Shown piece by piece: positions 14,976 through 23,900 of a DNA stretch of 25,897 bases (positions are counted from its first letter, which is position 1; every line of letters begins with the position of its first letter). Source of the DNA: a virus (taxonomy: Duplodnaviria > Caudoviricetes); the IMG/VR virus record IMGVR_UViG_3300049810_001502, positions 1 through 25,897 of that record; one strand, given 5' to 3'. The position numbers were made by a program, and so were the translations under genes. The notes beneath the pieces are model-generated. The model saw only the letters and a program-made list of their open reading frames with translations, was not told where the DNA came from and did not search any database.

Positions 14976-17900
14976 TTATACGTCCATTAAGTACCAACCC
15001 GCAAGGGATGAAGGCACACCAGGTTGACCACCAGGCGCAGATATTCCAGCATAAACTAATCCAAACGAAGCATTAGGTGTTTGAACAACTAATTCACCAC
15101 CGCCCCATCCAGCAAACTCAATCGATTGAACACCTGACGTTAGTGACTGTCCAGTATTCGATATTTCACCTTGAACTTTGGTATTGTCATATGCTCTAAC
15201 AATCATCGTCTGATTATATGTGAGACTACCACTTATATCTATAATACGAACCATATCACCCATTTGAGGATCGGGAGGTAATCTCAAAAGAGTATTACCA
15301 GTGCAATTAACAAAGTAATTAACATTAGCGTCTAAAGTCTCTGCAGTATCACCAATATACACCCACTTACGACCACCAGTATCAGTGATATAATTTTCAA
15401 TTTTGGCAATTTTTAATGATCCGTTATCAGAAACTTGGAAGATGCTATCACCATCCGTATTTGTAATTTCAAACTTAGAATCAAGTGCCGTTCTACCAAT
15501 CCCTTCCTGGAACTCAAGGTTGATTCCACCATCGATGTCAAGTGATCCACCAAATGTAGATACTCCCGTTCCTAAAGCAGAGAAAGAACCATATACAGCG
15601 AAGTCTCCAGAAGAGTTATCAAATGTCAAGCGTGGAGTAGTGCCATCAGTTCCAAAGAAGTTCATGTCACCACCGTTGATCGTTAGATCTCCAGTTGCGG
15701 TATCAACTTCTAAAGTTGTTCTAGCAGGAACACCACCAGCACCACCATCAGTAATGGTAAAGAACTGCTGATTTACAATCGTAGAACCATTAATCGTTAG
15801 TGTATTTTCTGTAGTTAGAGTTCCGGCAACAGTAGTGTCCCCAGTAACACTATCAATAGTAAACTTACTAAATCCAACACCAACTCCAACATCACCTAGA
15901 ATGATAGTATCTCCAGTTGTAGATTCTACTCTGAATACATCAACCGCAGGATCTCCACCATCATTAACAATTAGAGATTGTGGTGAAGTTGAAACCAAAC
16001 TTTCAATAGCAACAAATTCAGACTTCGACAATCGGATAAGATCAGCAGTAGTTAAAGTACCACCAAATTCAGCAATACCAATTCTTACATTGCCAGTTCC
16101 ATTTCCAATACCGGATAATGGTTCGTCTAGTTGACCATCATTGTTAAGGTCAGAACCAGTAATGTAAGAAGCATTTGATTGCTTATCAAGTTTAGCAAGT
16201 AAACAACCATCAGGATGATTGGTGCCGAGATTTGTTCCTTCTTGTCCTCTGCTAACAATTAATCTGTAACCGTTTATATCAGATGGGTTAGCAACGTTAG
16301 CGATACCAACAATACGAACAATTTCACTTTGAGATTCATCTCTCAATCCAGTTACGATATTTGCTCCACTACCAACACTATCAGGAGAGAAAGAACTTCC
16401 TCTATCAACTAAGATTAAATCTCCAACCTTGAAATCAGTAATAGAAGGAGTGGTAATTGGTAGATAGTAGTTATTACCAACAGAGTTAACTCCATTTACT
16501 TGGAACGTAAGGTCTCCACCGCCACCGCCACCTAACTGAGAATCAGTAATGGTGATTGTTTCATCGTTAGCATATCCTTCACCAGGACTTTCAATTGTAA
16601 TATCAATAGTGAAATCAAATCGAACAAGAACTGTAAAGTTTGCTCCGATACCAGCACCATCAGAAGTGCCCTCAAGGAAGTTATAAGTTCCAGGTGTTCT
16701 ACTTGTCGATCCGTTATTAACAATGTTGTCAATAGCAGCAATTTGACCCCCAGAAACTAAGAACGTGTTTGATCCCCAAGAAGAAACACCCGCAGTATCA
16801 ATGTATCGTCCGGTAGTCTGATATTTGTAGAAGTCAATGTTTGGATTATCAACTCCACCAACTTGGTGTCCAACAATATTAGTTCCAAATCTACCTCTTA
16901 CAACTTCAATAATACCAGCGTTTAAACCACCGTCCAATCTGATATTACCTTCAACGATTGCAGAAGCAAGAACATTCAATGTGTTTCTAATAGTGGTTGT
17001 TCCACCAGTAGAACCTAAAGTAAATGTAGTTGCGTTGGTAGCAAGATTAACTGTATTGGTTTGATCTCCATCAAAAAGGTTAGCAACTCTTGTTTGCGTA
17101 AACAATCTAGAACTGCTAGTTCCAGCACCATATCCAGTACCAATCTCAAGATTACCAGCAAGTCCAGTGTAGAATGTTTCAATCTTAACGAAAGAAGATG
17201 TATCTGCCTGTGTTGCCCATGCTCCACCCAAAGTGATGTTACATGTAGATGCTACATCATTAGCAACAGTAGCAATATCTAATACTGCTGACTGAGTATT
17301 TCTAAGAACCTTAAGAGTTCCATTTGTAGCAGACTCACCAATAAGTGTATTAATATTACCAGAGGAATTAGCAATATTAATTGTCTGATTAGAACTAGTG
17401 TTATTCAACAGATTAAGAATCTGACCCTCACCAGCCCAATTTAGAATATTAGCATTTTGATTGACGAAGTTGAATGCATTGTTTGTAGTTGTAATATCAC
17501 CATCATTAACTTCAAGATCACCAGTAATCTCTAGATTCTCGTGAATCCTAGCATCACCAACGACAACAAATGTCTTATCAAGACTCTTGTAAGGATTGAT
17601 TGTATCGTTAACAGCAGTGTTAATACCGACTCTACCATTATTGGTAGTCATCACTCTGAATGTAGCATTATCACTAGGATTGTCACTATCACCACCAACT
17701 AAGAATGCATCGTCAACATTAGTTTCAGTCTTGATAATAGAAGACTCAGTTAAGTAAGAATTAATTTTCTTACCGCTGACGAATGTTGTTCCAACAATGT
17801 CTAAGTTAGCTCTTGGTAGGACTTGATCAGAACTAAATGCGTCTAAACAATCATCATGAGCAGATCTAGCAATAGTATTAATACCTAGTTTATAGTCACC

Positions 17901-20900
17901 AATTACTTCTGTATTCGCACGTAATACTTCACCGCCAACTACTCCATATTCCTTCCAGTTAGAATTAGAGAAGTCAACTGATGGTACTGGCACACCAGGG
18001 GCAACATCAGTAACACCACCAGTTCCTCTCCAGGAAAGAGTTGAGATATTAACGTTAGTATAAATCTGGAAGTGTACGTAATTATTTGTAGGACTAAATG
18101 CATCACCATTAGGACTAAAGATTGTCCAGGTAGAGTTAAGATTAGAATCAGAATAATTTCTAACTCTAATTTGAGATCCACTTGTAATTCCGATACCAGC
18201 ATTAGTAACATCTACACCAAACTCATCTTTGAAAGTAAGTTTAACTAGATTTGTGCCATCAAATTCAATACTAAAGATATTGTTAGTGGGAATTTGTGCG
18301 AAGTAGTTTGCATAAACCCAACCTAAAGACCCAGTTCTTCCAACTTGCTTTCCTTTTAGAAGAATATCACCAGGTTTAGCAGCAACGCCGCTATAATCCA
18401 CAAATTGAGAGGAAAGTAATCTACTACCACCAGACGCGATTGTAGCAGAGTTGTTTGGTGTGATATTAGAAGGAACACCAGAAGTGATATGAGTCTGAAT
18501 TTGATACTTCTGACCCATTCCTCTTGCATTAAATCCAAATACAGCAGCATCAACTCTGTTCTTACTAATTCTAACATCACCAGAATTTGGTGGTTGGAAA
18601 TTGGTTCTATCTAAAGTCTCATCTTGCTCGTCTAAAGTAACAGGATCTACACTAGATACGTTAGAACGAACAGTGAAAGAATCTCTTACTTCAGTTAGAT
18701 CGTTATCCTGAACAGAAACGATTAGAGGAGACTGGAATACATTCTGCTGTGAACCATCACCACCAACAACTGTAATGTTCTGGTTGAAAGTTACAGGAGT
18801 ATCGAATGATGTAACCAGATTACCGATATCCTCGTTATCATCCTCACTATCAGCAAGAACTGCTCTTTCTAAGAATGTCTCTTCACCGGTAATAGCATTA
18901 ATCTTACGGTTACCAATGTAAAGATCACCGTTAGAGTTTAGACCTGTGTAGAAGACAATACCAGCGTCCTCTTTCTTACTTTGGGCGTAGAAGTCCTCAG
19001 TAGGTGATAAGACGATCTCCTGACGCGCAGGGAGACCAGTAGAGTAGTTTCCTGGACCGAATCCAAGATACTCAAACGTATGGTTACCAGCACGAGCAAT
19101 AGAAGGTCTTCTAAGTTCAACATAGTAACGTTGATCAGAGACTACCGTGCTATCACCAGAAATCGCAATTCTACGATCTTCAGAACCAGAAGTTGCATTA
19201 CCAGTTTGTGCTTGGAGTTGATTATTTCCAGTAGAATATGTGTTATTTACAAATGCTGGTTGTAATACAAGATCCTGAACTAGTTCTTTTGTTACAGAGT
19301 TTTTGTAGTCATTAGTCGTAACAAGACCATGAACATAGTTGTCAGCAGCAGAAATTGTAGCAGGAGGATCAAGCAACTGAGAAGCAAGATTAAGTTCTTG
19401 TGTTGATGTGCCTGCTTTCTGGAACCAAAGAGGATCGTTCTTATAGTTAAGAGGATACAAACCACTGACTGGTTGCGAGAAGTTAAACTTCTTGAAGTTT
19501 TCAGCAACACCAGCACCAGTTGGGAATGGTGAAATATTACCACGTAAGCAACTTAAGTAATAGATACCGTCTTGCTGACCAGCAATTCTACGCTGTAGAG
19601 TTTCATAACTAAAGACATAGAATGTATCTTCGATAATTCCAGCATCTTCAACACTCTCAACATAGTATTCAATACCAGCGTCATCTTGAATGCGATCACC
19701 AGGAGTAATAGTATAAACGTTAGCGCCGTTTTGCTTGTAATAATACTGGGGATATTTTTTCGCGATTAGTGTTTTTAGAGGTAGCGATTTTCCAAAATCC
19801 TGATCATTAAGCATGTCAGCAAAAACACTACCCTGAGTGAATCTGGTATTAGTGTACTCTGAGTACTCTAATTTTCCGCCGCGAATATTTTTCAGAATTA
19901 GGTAATGTAGTCCACCAATTGTGTAATAGGCATGGATATTAGCAAGACCAGAAGAGTTTCCAGTCCATTCAATTTGATTGGCGGTAATGCTAGCAGTTTT
20001 ATTAACTACAAATGATCCACCCTGAGGTGCATTAATCTGAACCGTAGTAAATGATTCGTTTCGTAGACCAGAGAAGTTGAGTGTATCGATACCATGATCA
20101 AATACAGTTAACTCAAGATAGTTAATTGTTGGATCTAACTGATCTTCTACATAACGACCAGACTGGATAGTTGCTTGGATACCAGAAGAGAACTTAGCAA
20201 AAGCACGATATTCAATACCTTGTCCTGTTTGATCTTTCGCATATGGATCATATGCGAAATCCGTATTTAATCCAGCAGTACTAAAATCAGAATCAGTAAA
20301 TCCAATAAATTCAGCAGGTTGAACTGGATTCCTGAAACGAGCACCATATACAGTACCAGCAACAGGTTTTAGAAGAAGTTTTTGTGGTACTAACTTACGT
20401 GTGTCATCAGTTCTTGTCTTGATAACAAATCCGTTGATAGGATCTCTTGCGTTCTCAAGATACTTAGGAATAACATAACGTAGTTTATATGTTCTGTCAT
20501 TTGCTTCACGCTCATCTTCTAGACGAGTGAACCACATATCTGTAGATCTTGGACGATCTGATAGATCTTGCTGCTTAATTCTCCAGAAAATATTTTCGTC
20601 TCTAATTGCCTGATCAATAGTAGATGATCCTTCATCCTTACAGTTAACGAACCACTTACCGGTAGTGACAAGACCATTACCAAATCCAGGATCATATTTT
20701 ACAGGACTTCTGCGCTTGTTCGAGAAGATTCTAAACCCAGCACTCTGACCTGATGTAAATGTAATTGGGAATACATTATTAATAGCATCAGCATGAGTCT
20801 TGTGAATCGTAAAGACTCGATCATTCTGATAGCGAGCAAAGAATGACTTGTTGGGATTAATCTTACCAAAGTTAGCATCTGATACATCAGTTACTGCTAC

Positions 20901-23900
20901 GTCGCTATCATTAGCATACGTTGTAGAAACATCTGGAAGAACTTCTCCATCAAATGCTCTAATGAATACCTCATGTGGTGTTACAGAAGAGAATGGAACG
21001 TCAAAGATATGCGATACTTCAGTTTCAATACCAGCGTTAACAGTATTAGTTAACTTAGCCTTGTATGTGTGTAGGTCATACTTCTCGTCAAGGACGAACT
21101 GATAGATATCAATTTCAACATTAGCATCGATAGACTCAGATTCAGAAGCATAGATGTAAATACCTGTTGCAGCATTCTCTCTAGAAGTTGCTAGCATCAG
21201 TTTAGTCTGATCACTACCGTTAAAGAATGTAGTGGTAGAATAATCTTCTGGTGATGTTCTTCTGCCAGGAGCAATTACATAGTAAGTTTTGTTAGTCTCA
21301 AAACCATTAGGTAGTCTGACGAGACGCTTATCTACTTCAACATATTTACCAGAAGCAACGTCAAAACGTGGACGTGGGACTAATCTAACTGGTGTTCCAG
21401 TTTCAAAGTTATGTGGATTAGAAGCACCAACACCAGAAGTATTGATTGTAAATACCGTTGCTCTAGACGCAAAGAGTGAAACACTAGCAGTTTGCTCTTC
21501 TCTGTCAACTGATCCCACACCACTGTTAATAACAGTAGTAATGTTACCAATCAAAGTGGTGATAGCATCAGCAGTTCCAGAACACTCAATACCAGGTGTG
21601 GTGTCTACCAGCACATCAGGAGTAGGAACAGAACCAGCTGGTCCAACAATTACTGTCTTAGGTAAAGTATCTGCCCACTGACCTTTTTCAAAAGTAAAGT
21701 ATAAACCAAGTCCGTTAGTATTGGTTTGTTGTGCGTTGATAGTATTACCAAAATCAAGTCTAGAATTTTGAACTCCAATTTCAATTTCAGTGCTACTTAC
21801 AATTCTCTTAACGAATGCGTTCTCTTGAATTGTAGAAGAAACTTGAGGAGATCCAGGAGTAAGAAGACCATCAACAATATTATTGCTATTATACTCAGCT
21901 ACTCGCATACCAATTATAATACCGCGAGTATCATTAACTTCAACAATCGCGCTGCCAGCAGTTGTACTACAACCCTCAACCCAAACATCAAAGTTTCTCA
22001 TGGCAGCAGTTGCTACCTGACCAACATAGTTCCATGCGTCAAGAGTTTCAGTCTTCTCACCATCGATGTAAGTTAGGTTGTTGCCAACATAGTATGCTTC
22101 ACCTGCCTGTACCGAGTTAATGTTACCACCTAGTCTTAGGTCATTAACAACAGCGTCAACAATATATGAAACGTCACGATAACACTTAGATTGTTCAGCA
22201 TCTGTAGTAAATCCACCTCTCGTCACAACGGGTAGAGTTGTTAGTGAAGTTACAGAGAAAGCATCATCAGCAATATCAAATAGAGTTTCAATAGATCCAC
22301 GAACGTTAGCACAATCCCACTCACCTTGATCTAGTGGAGGAAGACTGTCTAGATTACCAGCAGCAGTTGTATCACAAATAATTTCAACTAAAGTATTAAC
22401 AGTAGATACAACATCAGAACAATTACCTGCTACATATCCACCTGGTTGTGGGAAAACACTACTTGTATTTGGTTGGTTTGGCGCAGTTCTACTAATACCA
22501 ATTAGATTTCCAACACCAACATCTGTTCCAATTGCTTGAATGATAGTGTCTAGATTACTGGTTGTTGCGTTAATAGCATCAGCACAAGCAGGAGTGTCCC
22601 AATCAGTAACAATGTTGTTGTCAATTACCTGAGTTTCTAAGTTAGCAGGTTTGGGAGTAATGGATATGTTTCTGAGAACATCAGCAATAAGGTTTTTAGC
22701 AGCAGTAAATACAGCAGCTGCCTCATCACGCTCAGGATCTAGGAATGTTGCCGCAGCAACACCATAACTAACACAGTTATTAGCCGCAGAAACAAATGTA
22801 TGAGCAGATTGTGGGTTATGTTGTACAGCACCAGCAGCAGCACTTACGAATGTATGTGGAACACCAGCAGCAGATCCAGCATTACCAACATTAACAGTAA
22901 TAGTAGTTGCTGTTGTTGCTGTAATTGGAATGGACTTACCTGCCAAAGGATCTTGACCAAGACGTGGATAGGTGTGTTGAGTCTGGTTGCTATCTTGATC
23001 ACAAGTAAAGGTGAATGAATTGTTAGCAAGAATAACACCTTCACTAACACTCAATGAATGATTACCAATGGTGATTTCCATATCACCAGTCGTGGAGTTA
23101 TATACTGCGTTGGTTGGATTAAAACTCTGGTTAGCACTAGAAGCACCAACATTAACAGTCACTGTAGAAGAATCTACTGTAGTGATTTCCATCCACTGAC
23201 CAGCATAAGGATCATCAGAACTTGGTGATGCGTGTTGTGTCTGGTTGTTATCCATGGCACATGTAAAGATGACACTTCCAGTATCAACTCTAATGTATCC
23301 ACCTGTTGTCATATCATGACCAGGAATAGTAAATACCGAAAGACCAGTTGCTGGATCATAAGATACAGAGGTAGGAGTGAAATTCTTCCTCTGCTTACTT
23401 AATCCAAAGTAAGGCATTACGTTAGTAACGTAAATCTCAGCAGAATCATAAGTTTTAGCGTTTCCGCCAAACTTAACGTCATACATGACTTCTTCTAAGA
23501 CATTATAGACATCATCTAAACAGTCTTGCTCAGTATTATCTGCCTGAGGAGTGTAAGAAGGATAGGATTCCTTCATTGTTTCATATGCTTGCTTCGCAAT
23601 GAACTTCTTATTTGCTAGAACAAGATTATAAGCATCCGCATTCATATCGGATACAATAGGAGGATCTCCTACTTGATCAAGCGTAACCGTAGAATCTTTG
23701 TAGTATAGTTGGTTGTTGATTGCTAAGTTGATAGCATCAGCAGCTCTCTTAAATGCTGTGATAGATGGTGATTCTTCTCCAGCAAGACCAGTACTAATTG
23801 GTCCACCAAAGCGATTGTAATATGTCTTTGCCATCGCGATGGAATAGGCATTACCACCAAACCAAAGATCTTGTCTTATAGCGTCAACAATATGTCCAAT

